From Eledone cirrhosa (lineage: Eukaryota): 64,000 nucleotides of DNA. Positions 25,463 to 37,599 of this stretch are shown piece after piece. The DNA lies in contig OZ024755.1 in the NCBI GenBank assembly GCA_964016885.1, positions 34,844,001 to 34,908,000 of the forward strand. Direction: 5' to 3'. Under the pieces are notes generated by a model. That model searched no databases and was not told the DNA's origin. It was given only the letters and a program-made list of their open reading frames with translations. Position numbers and translations under genes: made by a program. How positions within the stretch are numbered: the first letter of the stretch is position 1; each line of letters starts with the position of its first letter.

Positions 25463-25892
25463 TTCCCTTGCTTTTGTCGAGAATCTAATTGTAATACGTG
25501 ACGTATTCTATTCTATAGCGATTAGGTCTTCAAAATGTTTATTATAAACATACAGAATATTTTCGAATATTCTATGTCTATATTCACATATATATCGCTA
25601 TTTCAGAGCATTTATTCCAATTTCTAATTTCTGCCGGACCGGCAACCGCTCTTTCAAACCAGTTCCTGTACACAGCTAAGTATTCTATAAGTCTCTAGCT
25701 GTGTCATTCTCGATAAAAGCACTGGATATGTAGTCCTGATGATTTCTAACAAGAATGAAACGCGTAGATTACTTCCCTTGCTTTTGTCGAGAATCTAATT
25801 GTAATACGTGACGTATTCTATTCTATAGCGATTAGGTCTTCAAAATGTTTATTATAAACATACAGAATATTTTCGAATATTCTATGTCTATA

Positions 25893-26536
<644 letters not shown>

Positions 26537-27061
26537 AAATATGAAAACATGTTACATACAAATAAATTTAGTCCTTCATCAGTGATCTTCCAGCCTTCAT
26601 TGGTATTTCATCGCTTTAAAGACCATATACCTCCGGTTGGTGCGAGCAGCGGCTAAAGAAAGTCGTTGGGACACATAAATAGGGGGAACGAGTGAGACAG
26701 TAAACAAACAAAGATGGTAATGCAACGAAAAGTGAGGAAGAAGGAGTCAAGTCCCTGAAATCGATGAACATAAGTTCTGTGAAATCGTGGACGAGAGAGA
26801 ATAAAGACCACCAAACCTGGTCGAAATGCGAGTAAGGAAAGAATTTCGCACAGGTCAAACGGGAGGAAGTAGGAGAGGGAGTAGCAGAGAGTGAGTGAGT
26901 GAACGTGTGAGGAAGAGGCTAACAGAGAGAGTGAGGGCGTAAAAGGAAGTGAGAGATACAGAGAAAAGGGGAAGCAGTAAGAAAGAAACAGATGGGTCAC
27001 AGCGGAGGAAAATATATATGAAAATATGAAAACATGGCGTGCTGCATGGTTGCAAATGGGT

Positions 27062-27101
<40 letters not shown>

Positions 27102-27108
<7 letters not shown>

Positions 27109-27285
27109 AAAGAGTCAGGACCCCGACGGCTGAGCTCCGGCCATTTCGACAGCTAGATCTATCAGTTCTAGCTGTCAAAATGGCCGGAGTTCAGATGTCG
27201 GGCACCTGACTCTTTTCCTATTACCTACTCTACTACCCCAAGTATTGAGTACTCTGGTGTGTTATGGTCCACCTGGTATCTTACC
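27102..27285. repeat. Dispersed fold-back repeat (about 55-bp arms) with a unique side arm; related reversed copy at 42179-42345
   Basis: AAAGAGTCAGG.CCCGAC...GACAGCTAGA / TCTAGCTGTC...GTCGGG..CCTGACTCTTT. Confidence 0.75.
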
Positions 27286-27313
27286 ACACCCTCTTTGTTA
27301 TATATATATATAT

Positions 27314-27702
27314 AATTGTTTCTACGTTAGGCACAAGGCCAGCAATTACCCAGTGTATTACTGGTACTTTATTTTATCGACCCCCCCCCCCCGTAAGGAT
27401 GAAAGGCAAAGTCAACCTCGACGGGATTTGAACTCAGATCGTAAAGGGACGTAACTATGCTGGAAAGCATGGCGTCCGACCCTCTACCGATACTGCCAAT
27501 CCAATATATAATTGTTTCTACTTTTGGCACAAGGCCAGCAATTTCCCAGTGTATTACTGGTACTTTATTTTATCGACCCCCGTAAGGATGAAAGGCAAAG
27601 TTAACCTCGGCGAGATTTGAACTCAGAATGGCAAGGGCTGTAACTCTGTGCGTCAAAGCATGGCGTCCGACCCTCTACCGATACTGCCAATTCACCGCCC
27701 TT
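27314..27702 (-). mobile_element. Two tandem copies of tRNA-derived SINE family B
   Basis: Minus strand A-box-like TGGCAGTATCGG, B-box GAGTTCAAAT, central GCCTTTCATCCTTACGGGG...TCGATAAAATAAAGTACCAG, end GTAGAAACAATT. Confidence 0.85.
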
Positions 27703-27720
27703 CCAATATATAATGGCGAT

Positions 27721-28966
27721 GAATTAGTTTTGCAAGGTTTTTGATATGAAATCGTGTGTCGAAACAAATATTGTTATACTTGGGGAGGGTCATATTTGTG
27801 TAATAATATTGTCAGAATTAATAACAGAACACACTCACTGTTTGGTTGGTTTTCGCTTCTGTGTCTTTTATATTGGTTAATTTAATTTATTCGGTCTTCA
27901 ATGTTACCATTGACTGACCAACGGTCAAAAATACAGATACAATATAGACACAAACACATATATATATAGTCTATCAAAGTTCTTTCGTTGCACATCTGCA
28001 ACATCATCAGTTGTGCTATTATGTTTCGTCCCTTTGTATTGTATGCCTACGCCAGCTTTATTTAGTCTGTTTATTTATTTATTTATTTGTTTATTTTATT
28101 TTATTTTTTTGTCTTCTCTGCGCATGCATTTGCATGTGTGTATAGTTCAGAGGGTACTTGCAGAAACATGACAACAACATACATAGGCGAAAGGGTAGAC
28201 CAACACTGGGGGAACTAAAAGGACGAAAAAATGGTTCAGTACTATACTAACATGCCAGACAACAACACGACGGTAACATAGACAACATAGAAATTAGAAT
28301 AATATCTAAACATAGAAATGACCCACAGATAGGCAAATCAGAGAGGCCAGCTAAATAGAACTTAGAAGGCCAAGGCTAAACAGAAAAAATGAATGGAATA
28401 ACAACAACACCCAAAAAAACAACACTGACCCAAGAGAAGTATAAATAAATAAATACATACACAAGCACAATAACAACAAGCACATATAAACACACACTAG
28501 TAAACTAAGATAGAATACAATAACCAATACACAGTCACCCAAACACACATCAAACAAAACATTATATACACACGCAAACGCATCCACAGAGAATACAGAA
28601 AAAAAACCAAAAAAAAAACCAAATAAATAAATAAATACATAAATAAATAAACAGACTTAATAAAGATGGCGTAGGCAAACAATACAATGGGAGGAAACAA
28701 TAGCACCACTGACAATGTTGCAGATGTGCAACGAAAGAACTTTGTTAGACTATATATATGTGTTTGTTTCTATATTGTATCTGTATTTTTGACCGTTGGT
28801 CAGTCAATGACAACTTTGAGGACCGATTTATAAATTTAATTTATAATAAATTGGAGTGAAAGCAACTGGTGCGTGTGTTTCTTATTGGCAACATGACACT
28901 CCCAAAGCATAACAATATCGGTTTCAACACACGTTTTCAGATAAAGAATCTTGCTAAACAAATTCA
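27721..28966 (+). mobile_element. Penelope-like remnant: decayed GIY-YIG C-terminus between inverted pseudo-LTRs bearing hammerhead motifs
   Basis: 27721-28130 is an inverted diverged copy of about 28580-28966; 28150-28400 reads (with frameshifts) TTYIGE...HARQQHDGNIDNIEIRIISKHRNDP...IELRRPRLNRKNEW. Confidence 0.7.
27974..28013 (-). ncRNA. Minimal hammerhead-like motif in the Penelope pseudo-LTR (mutated partner at 28706-28745 on plus)
   Basis: CUGAUGA-U-GUUGCA(GAUG)UGCAAC-GAAA-GAA-CUU. Confidence 0.55.
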
Positions 28967-29048
28967 GAAACGAAATATATATATATACATATACATACAT
29001 ATATATATACACATATATATATATACATATACATACATATATATATAT

Positions 29049-29899
29049 GGTGGGTGCTCAGAAAGTACAATAACTAGGGTAAGAATGGGATGGAAGAAGT
29101 TTAGGGAACTACTACCACTGCTAGCTGCAAAAGGCTTCTCCCTCAGAATGAAAGGCAGACTGTATGATGCGTGTATCCGAACAGCGATGTTGCATGGTAG
29201 TGAGACCTGGGCGCTGAAGGTGGAAGACTTACGTAGATTAGAGAGAAACGAAGCCTGCATGCTCCGATGGATGTGTAACAGTAATATACGTGAACGACAA
29301 AGCATAAAGGAATTGAGAGAGAGACTGAGCATAAGAGGAATCAAATGCTGCGTGCAGGAGAGGCGGTTATGCTGGTATGGACATGTGATGCGTATGAAGG
29401 ATGACAGCTGCATAAAAAGGTGCAGAGCACTAGAAGTTGATTGAAACCGCGGAGTGGGGAGACCCAAAATGACTTGGGATGAGGTGATAAAAGCCGACCT
29501 TACCCAACTACACCTCTCAAAGACAATGACACATGACCGTGACTTCTGGCGTCACGCAGTAATACAGGGTACCCGACCTCCCATGGGTACATGCTGAAGC
29601 ATATAAACAATATGCCCCCACTCCCCACACCGCAAGGTGGTCGTGGAGGTGCAACGGCAAAAAAGCACCCAGCCCACACTGAAAAGTGGACGTGAAGGCG
29701 CCACGAAAAAGCACCCAGCACTCACTGTAAATGAGGTTGGTGTTAGGAAGGGCATCCAGCTGTAGAAATCAAGCCAGATCAGTTCCTGTATGAGCAAGGC
29801 ATGGTCAGCCGACCAGACACTGCCCACAACAGGACAACCCGTCTAACCCATGCTAGCGTGGAAGAACGGACGTAAAACGGTGATGATGATGATGATGAT
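29049..29899 (+). mobile_element. 5'-truncated RTE LINE (family 2) with 3'UTR and (GAT)n tail
   Basis: GGCSESTITRVRMGWKKFRELLPLL...MLHGSETW...RRLCWYGHV. Confidence 0.92.
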
Positions 29900-30073
29900 A
29901 TATATACATATACATACATATATATATAGACATATATATATATATACATAAATACATATATATATATATATACATATATACATATACATACATACATACA
30001 TATATATATATACATATACATACATACATACATACAAACATATATACATATATATATATATATACACATATAC

Positions 30074-30104
<31 letters not shown>

Positions 30105-30360
30105 CATATACACATATATATATATACATATACACATATACATACATACATATACATACATACATATATATATATATACATATATATATATACATATATA
30201 CACACACATATATATATACATATATATATATACATATATATACATATATACATACATATACATACACACACATATATACATAGATATATGTATGTATATG
30301 TATATATATATATACATATACATACATATATGTATGTATATGTATATATATATATATACA
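29900..30360. repeat. (TA)n/(TACA)n microsatellite
   Basis: Direct reading. Confidence 0.95.
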
Positions 30361-30361
30361 T

Positions 30362-30689
30362 GGAGGCACATGGCTTAGTGGTTAGAGCATTGGCCTTGCA
30401 ATCGAAAGGTTGTGAGTTCAATTCTCAGACCGGGTGATGTGTTGTTTCCTTGAGCAAGACACTTTATTTCACATTGTTCCAGTTTACTCAGCTGTAGAAA
30501 TGAGATCATAGGACCAGGGTCCTTATCATTCCACTACCAAAGTGGTCGTGGAGGTGCCACGACAAAAACCACCCAGCACTCACTGTAAATGAGGTTGGTG
30601 TTAGGAAGCGCATCCAGCTGTAGAAATCAGGCCAGAATCAGTTCCCGTCCCACCCTTGCAAGCAGGGAAAAATGATGATGATGATGATG
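30362..30689 (+). mobile_element. SINE family A, full length
   Basis: Same head, boxes and tail as 1673. Confidence 0.92.
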
Positions 30690-30715
30690 TATATATATAT
30701 TCATATATATATATA

Positions 30716-31692
30716 TGTGGCTGATGCTCAGGTGCAATAGGTAGCAAGTGTCCACAGGATACGAGCTCTTGCTAATGCCCAGATGGTTCTATAGAAATAC
30801 CGGACACCTTCCGTGACCTGGGTGACAAAATCAGCAGTGGTGGAGGGTGCTCTGAAAATACAGTAGCCAGAGTCACTATTAGCCACTAAAGGTTTCTCCC
30901 TAAAAATGAAAGGCAGGCTATGTTACATGGGCATTGCGTGCGGAGGACCTGCACAGACTGGAGAGCAACGAAGCTTGCATGCTCCATTTGATGTGTAATA
31001 GTAATATATGTGAACGGCAAAGCATAAATGTATTAAGTGAGAAATTAGGAATAAGAGGGATCAGATGCTGTTTAGTCGAGAGAAGACTACGTTGGTATGG
31101 TCACGTGATGCGCATGAAAGATGACAGCTGTATAAAAAAGCGCAGTGCAATCAAAATTGATGGTAGTTACAGTGTAGGTAGACCCAGAAAAATGTGGGAT
31201 GATTTGATAAATCCCGACCTTACACACTTACACCTCTTCAAGACAATGTCACTGGACTGAGATCTTTGGCGATACACAGTAATAGAGAAGACCCGCCTTG
31301 CCTAAGTACAAAGCGAAACCTACAGTCAGTAGGCACCTCTTAATCAAATATACATCCACATCCCACTACCCCTACCGCCATCTACACCACCCCTTTCTCT
31401 AAAGTTATGTTGGTGCCACAACATCCAGTCCTAAATAAATGAGGCTGTGTACTTGTCACAACAAAAAAACACACAGTCCACACTGTGATGTGGCCATGTA
31501 GGTAACACGGTAAAAACCTCCCAGTCGACACTGTAAACGTGGTTGGTGTTAGGAAGGGCATCCAGCCGTAGAAAACCCACCAGACAGTCCTATACGAGCG
31601 AGACAACCATTTCTTGCCTCACGTGGGACAATTCCTGTCTAAACCCATGCTAGCGTGGAAGATAGATGTTAAACGATGATGATGATGATGAT
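30716..31692 (+). mobile_element. Decayed, 5'-truncated RTE LINE (family 1)
   Basis: LGDKISSGGGCSE...RRLRWYGHVMRMKDD; 3'UTR and (GAT)n. Confidence 0.9.
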
Positions 31693-31701
31693 ATATTGAT
31701 A

Positions 31702-32940
31702 TATTTAGCTTTTGTCGACTTGGAGAAAGCCTTCGACAGAGTCCCCCGCTCCATTATCTGGTGGGCTCTTAGAAAACTAGGCGTTGACGAATGGCTTGTG
31801 AGGGCTATACAAGCCATGTATAAAGAAACAGTCAGCAAGGTTAGAATTAACAACGAATATAGTGAAGAGTTTAGCGTAAAAGTTGGCGTCCATCAGGGCT
31901 CTGTTCTCAGTCCACTACTATTTATTATTGCCCTTCAGGCTATAACAGAGGAGTTCAAGACAGGCTGCCCATGGGAACTCCTATACGCAGACGACCTGAC
32001 ACTCATAGCGGAATCAATGGCCGAGCTAGAGAAGAAATTCCAAACATGGAAGCACGGCCTAGAGTCAAAAGGACTTAAAATTAACCTGGCTAAGACCAAA
32101 GTACTAGTTTGTAGGAAAGAAAACAAGGCGGCGCTCCCTTCTGGGAAATGGTCGTGTTCGGTGTGTAGGAAAGGCGTAGGTAGAAACTCCATTTTATGTC
32201 CTAAATGCAAAGTATGGGTGCATAAAAGATGTAGTGGGATCACAGGTAAGCTAACTAAGAACATAGATTTTACATGTGGCCGGTGCTCTGGTGCAATAAG
32301 TAGCAGCAAGTGCCCACAAACTACTAGCTCTTTCAATTGCGCAGAGGGTTCTATAGAAATAGTGGACAGCTTCCGTTACCTGGGCGATAAAATCAGCAGT
32401 GGGGGAGGGTGCTCTGAAAGTACTGTAGCTAGAGTCAGAACTGGTTGGAAAAAGTTCAGAGAGCTTATACCACTATTAGCTGCTAAAGGGTTCTCACTAA
32501 AAATGAAAGGCAGGTTGTACGATGCCTGCATACGAACAGCAATGCTGCATGGCAGTGAGACCTGGGCATTGTGTGCAGAGGATATACGCAGACTAGAGAG
32601 GAACGAAGCTTGTATGCTCCGCTGGATGTGTAACAGTAATATACGTGAACGGCAAAGCATAAACGAACTAAGGAAAAAATTAGAGATAAGAGGGATCAGA
32701 TGTTGTTTACTCGAGAGAAGGCTACGTTGGTATGGACACGTGATGCGCATGAAAGTCGATAGCTGTATAACAAAGTGCAGGGCAATAAAGATAGACGGTA
32801 GTCACGGAATAGGCAGACCTAGAAAAACCTGGGACGAGCTGATAAACTCCGACATCACACACTTACACCTCTCCAAGACAATGTCACTGGACCGAGACCT
32901 TTGGCGGTACTCAGTAACAGAGAAGACCCGCCTTACCTAA
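31702..32940 (+). CDS. Partial RTE reverse transcriptase (no native start) with inserted C4HC3 PHD-type finger
   Basis: YLAFVDLEKAFDRVP, GVHQGSVLSPLLF, LLYADDL, VDSFRYLG, MLHGSETW, RRLRWYGHV, GRPRKTW. Confidence 0.9.
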   Translation, partial: YLAFVDLEKAFDRVPRSIIWWALRKLGVDEWLVRAIQAMYKETVSKVRINNEYSEEFSVKVGVHQGSVLSPLLFIIALQAITEEFKTGCPWELLYADDLTLIAESMAELEKKFQTWKHGLESKGLKINLAKTKVLVCRKENKAALPSGKWSCSVCRKGVGRNSILCPKCKVWVHKRCSGITGKLTKNIDFTCGRCSGAISSSKCPQTTSSFNCAEGSIEIVDSFRYLGDKISSGGGCSESTVARVRTGWKKFRELIPLLAAKGFSLKMKGRLYDACIRTAMLHGSETWALCAEDIRRLERNEACMLRWMCNSNIRERQSINELRKKLEIRGIRCCLLERRLRWYGHVMRMKVDSCITKCRAIKIDGSHGIGRPRKTWDELINSDITHLHLSKTMSLDRDLWRYSVTEKTRLT

Positions 32941-33345
32941 ATATATAGTAAAACCTACTCCAGCCAGTAGGCATCTCTAACAAAATACACCCCGTCCCAC
33001 CACCACCACCCCCACCCGATCCACACCACCCCGTTCTATGTAAAGTTATGTTGGTGCCGCGCCATCGAGGCCGAAACAAATGAGATCGTGTAGGTGTCAC
33101 GACAAAAAAACACACAGTCCACGCTGTAATGTGGCCGTGTAGGCAACACGGTAAAAACCTCCCAGACCCACACTGTAAATGTGGTTGGTGTTAGGAAGGG
33201 CATCCAACTGTAGAAAACCTGCCAGACAGTCCTATGCGAGCAAGACAATCACTCTTGCCTCAAGTGGGACTACCCCCGTCCAAACCCATGCAAGCGTGGA
33301 ACACGGACGTTAAACGTTGATGATGATGATGATGATGATGATGAT
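31702..33345 (+). mobile_element. 5'-truncated RTE LINE (family 1) with uninterrupted RT frame, 3'UTR and (GAT)n tail
   Basis: Open frame to stop at 32940 followed by the UTR shared with other copies. Confidence 0.95.
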
Positions 33346-33385
33346 ATATATACATATATAGACATACATATATACACATATATAC

Positions 33386-33788
33386 AAGCCGACCTTACCC
33401 AACTACACCTCTCAAAGACAATGACACACGACCGTGACTTTTGGCGTCACGCAGTAATACAGAGTACCCGACCTCCCATGGGTACATGCTGAAGCATATA
33501 AACAATATGCCCCCATACCCCCCACCGCAAGGTGGTCGTGGAGGTTCCACGGCAAAAAAGCACCCAGCCCACACTGTAAAGTGGACGTGTAGGCGCCACG
33601 AAAAAGCACCTAGCACTCACTGTAAATGAGGTTGGTGTTAGGAAGGGCATCCAGCTGTAGAAATCAAGCCAGATCAGTTCCTGTATGAGCAAGGCATGGT
33701 CAGCCGACCAGACACTGCACACAACAGGACAACCCGTCTAACCCATGCTAGCGTGGAAGAACGGACGTAAAACGGTGATGATGATGAT
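33386..33788 (+). mobile_element. RTE family 2 3' end
   Basis: Near-identical to 29491-29899. Confidence 0.9.
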
Positions 33789-34769
33789 ACATATATACAT
33801 ATATATTTTTAATATAAGGAACTGTTTCTTTGTTTATTCATTATTTTTTTAATAATTTATATACATATACATATATACATATACATACACACACACGTAC
33901 ATACATACACACATATACACACATATATACACGCACATATACACATACACACACATATATACATACACACACATATATACATACACACACACACACAAAG
34001 ACATTCTTTCCTATCTTCCTTGCTCTCTCTATCTTTTGTTCGCTTTATATGAAGGTGCTTCAAATAAAATTCTATTATTCTTTTATTGCTAACAGCAGCA
34101 TTCTGTGAAATCAAACATGATTGGTTGAGTTGCTAACTAGGTGTAAATGAAGTATTTTAATTGGCTACAACAGCACACATGCCCTGAATCAGTTTTTATT
34201 TGCTGCTTAACATTAGCTTAGCGTGCAAAAATAATTTATATATCTTGTCTTTTTATTTTCAATTCAAACAAGTATTCTTTAGCTTCTCTTTTTTCTCACC
34301 ATTGTTTAAATAAAAGAACATTGAAAATATAAAAAAGATGTTTTCATCAAATCCTCATCGCGTATTTTTCACATTTTTTTCATTATCGTTAAAAAGTCAT
34401 CACCACTACCCCCATAATAAACACAACCATGCACACAATTACATGCATATATACACACGAAACACGATTGTTATAAGCCAATTGGAGAACACCTACACTG
34501 TGGCTTGACTTGCTAGAAAGAGCAGTGAAATCACTTTGGAATCATACCCTATCGTATTAGTGGAGGCAGACATGTCAACTCTCTCCATCTGACGGGGAGA
34601 TTTCCCACTCACTTTGGGTGGGTGAGAGATGTCTTTTCTTGTGAAAAGGGGTATAGCTGTCATTATGTAAAATCTCCCCATTTTGCCTCATTTCTCCCTG
34701 TTTTGAGGCACTTTTTTCCTGATACTGCCCGTTTGGGTTTTTAGAGGTCAGCATGTCTGTTGTGTTATA

Positions 34770-35425
34770 ACCACATCATGAGACTAATGACTGGCAAGCA
34801 GCTCAGCGACTGTATCTGTATCAGTGAGCTGGTCTTGACTGTGTTAATTGGATGACAAGGTCACTCCAGAAGCTCTCTACATTCCAGAACCACATCATGA
34901 GACTTATGACTGGCAAGCGGCTCAGCATCCATATCTGTATCAGTGAGCTGGTCTTGACTGTGTTAATTGGACGACAAGGTCACTTCAGAAGCTCTCTACA
35001 TTCCAGAACCACATCATGAGACTTATGACTGGCAAGCGGCTCAGCATCCATATCTGTATCAGTGAGCTGGTCTTGACTGTGTTAATTGGACGACAAGGTC
35101 ACTTCAGAAGCTCTCTACATTCCAGAACCACATCATGAGACTTATGACTGGCAAGCGGCTCAGCATCCATATCTGTATCAGTGAGCTGGTCTTGACTGTG
35201 TTAATTGGACGACAAGGTCACTTCAGAAGCTCTCTACATTCCAGAACCACATCATGAGACTTATGACTGGCAAGCAGCTCAGCGACTGTATCTGTATCAG
35301 TGAGCTGGTCTTGACTGTGTTAATTGAATGACAAGGCCACTTCAGAAGCTCTCTACATTCCAGAACCACATCATGAGACTTATAACTGGCAAGCGGCTCA
35401 GCAACCGTATCTGTATCAGTGAGCT
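34770..35425. repeat. 119-bp tandem repeat, about 5.5 copies, built from RT-coding sequence
   Basis: CCACATCATGAGACT at 34771, 34890, 35009, 35128, 35247 and 35366. Confidence 0.92.
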
Positions 35426-35720
35426 GCTCAACATTACCAAACTTAGACCAATTACATCAATTGTCAAGTCAAGAGTACTCAAACTATACGGCCATATAAA
35501 GAGATCAACTCGTGGTGTGAGTAGGTTATACCCGGAAGGAAGGTTGGCTGGTAAGAGAAGCAGAGGCTGGCAGCCAAAACGATGGCTTGTCAATGTCAAC
35601 TTATGGACTGGACTTGATCTTTGCTCTTTAAACTCTGCTGTTGGTTATCGAACTTTGTGAGAGATATCACATGTTGATGCGCAGTCTGCAACTGGTGGAG
35701 TTTAACGTCAAAGATTCAAG
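35328..35720 (+). mobile_element. RTE-type LINE 3' fragment
   Basis: KLSTFQNHIMRLITG...VKSRVLKLYGHIKR...EGRLAGKRSRGWQPKRW. Confidence 0.8.
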
Positions 35721-35728
35721 ATGCCTGT

Positions 35729-36002
35729 GGAGGCACATGACCTAGTAGTAAGGGTGTTTGACTTACGATCATAATGTTGCGGGTTCGATTCCTGGGCTGG
35801 GTTGTGTGTTGTGTTCTTCAACAAAACACTTCATTTCACGTCGCTCCAGTATACTGAGTGGAAAATGAGTGCCAGCTGGGTTAAACCTGCAATGGACTGG
35901 CTTCCTGTCCAGGGGGTAGTGTTGTACACTTAATGGCTTCCAACCATGAAACTGGGATAAGAACCAGCCCGATGAGCCTTCTGGGTTAAGACAGACTTTA
36001 GC
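35729..36002 (+). mobile_element. Older tRNA-derived SINE with CORE-like and V-SINE-like segments
   Basis: B-box GGTTCGATTCC; CCTGCAATGGACTGGCTTCCTGTCCAGGGGG and GAAACTGGGATAAG resemble V-SINE-type motifs (from recall). Confidence 0.65.
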
Positions 36003-36549
36003 CCCTTTTTAGCCCCTATCGTATTAACAAAGGAAAGAACATGTTGAATAAGAAATAAACCATCTATATATAAATTAGAGTGACTTCCGTCTGTCTGTCC
36101 ATCCTTCCATGTCACACACTAGAGATATCAAGGTTTGTTCCCTTCTGGACCCTCTTTAGGGTCTCAGGATACGCAACCTTTGTGTGTCCATCCCACACAT
36201 ACCAGGACAGGTTGCAGGCCCATTGCCAGTTGTGTGGCTTGAAATGGAGACTGCAATATATTTTTCAAACAGGCTCTTCTACTTAAGGCCTAAATGCATC
36301 CCTTGTTAACACCTGTGAAGGATGATGTGGTATAATTCTTCCTTCTTTTCCTCATCATATTGTAGTTTCAGTGGTTTTGTTCATGCCGGTCATCTGGTAC
36401 TTTGTTAAAACTACGAAGACTAAGCTTTTTTTAGAGGTGGTCTTTACTGGCTTCGCTGAGTTGTGAGAGTTTTCTTGGCCATAGTGTTGTCCGATGCCAC
36501 ATATGCTTACATTCTTCTGGCTTATGTTTTTGAAGTCAATGAACTTGTG

Positions 36550-36780
36550 TTAACTCTTTACCATTTACATTACTCTATATATACTATTGTAGTTTCATGG
36601 TAAAGGCTTTATCTCACATAATTATCTCACATAATATCAAATCTATGAAATTTTGTGTATTATTTATTTTGAGAACAATACTTTAACATCAGTATGAGCA
36701 ACTGGTTATGGTCAGTTTGAACAGAAAGAGGTGAAAGTATCCTGGCCGGATATGGCCAGTTTTAATGCTAACGGGTGATA
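36550..36780 (+). mobile_element. piggyBac-type MITE, diverged copy
   Basis: TTAACTCTTTACCATTTACATTACTCTAT ... TTTAATGCTAACGGG. Confidence 0.8.
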
Positions 36781-36849
36781 ACGATGAATAAATGCCTTTT
36801 TTTTAGTATTAAATAGAATCAAACAGAATGCTAAAGGGTTAAAGGCCTG

Positions 36850-37190
36850 ATTGTTGTTCAAAGTATTTTTCTGTTAGAATACAAAGGTTATAGATCTCAT
36901 GAGCAGTGTTTCTCCCTTCTTGGAAACCTGCCTGTTTTTCACAAGGATTCTTTTATTATCAATCAAGTAAACATATAGCAAAACCTTGTTTGAATAGTTA
37001 ATTAAACAAATTTTATGATTGTTTTCACACGTTTTGGTGATTCCTTTCTTTAACAATTTATTCTGTGTATTTAGTAGCCTTTTTCCACTACATAAAACCT
37101 TATTACAAAGTTTACAAAGAATCTCAGTGATACGTTCACCTTTTCCCTGCTTTAGCAGTTCTGCTAGTGTTACCTGTTATGTATTCCAGG
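36850..37190 (-). pseudogene. Highly decayed RTE-type RT fragment
   Basis: LKKGITKTCENNHKICLINYSNKVL and, in another frame, QAGFQEGRNT. Confidence 0.55.
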
Positions 37191-37335
37191 TGATTTATTA
37201 CATTCTGGTTCCTGATTGCTTAAGGAAAAGATTTGTAAGCAATGTTCTGGCTTATCCTTTATGTATATCAAAGGAAATTTTCTTTCTTCATTGCTTTAAC
37301 ACATCATTATCTACCTCTTCTTTGTGGCCAATTAG

Positions 37336-37505
37336 GGCGGCAGTATCGGTAGAGGGTCGGACACCATTCTTTGCAGCATAGAGTTACGGCCCTTTATGAT
37401 ATAATAAAGCACCAGTCGTTAAAATAAAGCGTCAGTCGATCAAATATAGTACCAGTAATGCAATGGGGTAATTGTTGGCCTTGTGTCAAAAGTAGAAACA
37501 ATTAT
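37336..37505 (+). mobile_element. SINE family B, internally deleted copy
   Basis: GGCAGTATCGGTAGAGGGTCGGAC...GTAGAAACAATT. Confidence 0.75.
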
Positions 37506-37599
37506 TACCTTCATTTACTTTGGTTATTAGGTTGCAATATTTATCTTCCATAACTTAATATTGAGATATCCATTCTTTGGTTGGATCTGGAATCACATC

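Noticed and set aside
31666-31701. N-terminus MLNDDDDDD of the 424-aa ORF
   Set aside because: It comes from the (GAT)n tail of the upstream element, so it is not a native start
36061-36110. Possible Helitron 5' end (A|TCTATATATAAA...CTGTCTGTCC)
   Set aside because: No matching 3' hairpin and CTAG end found
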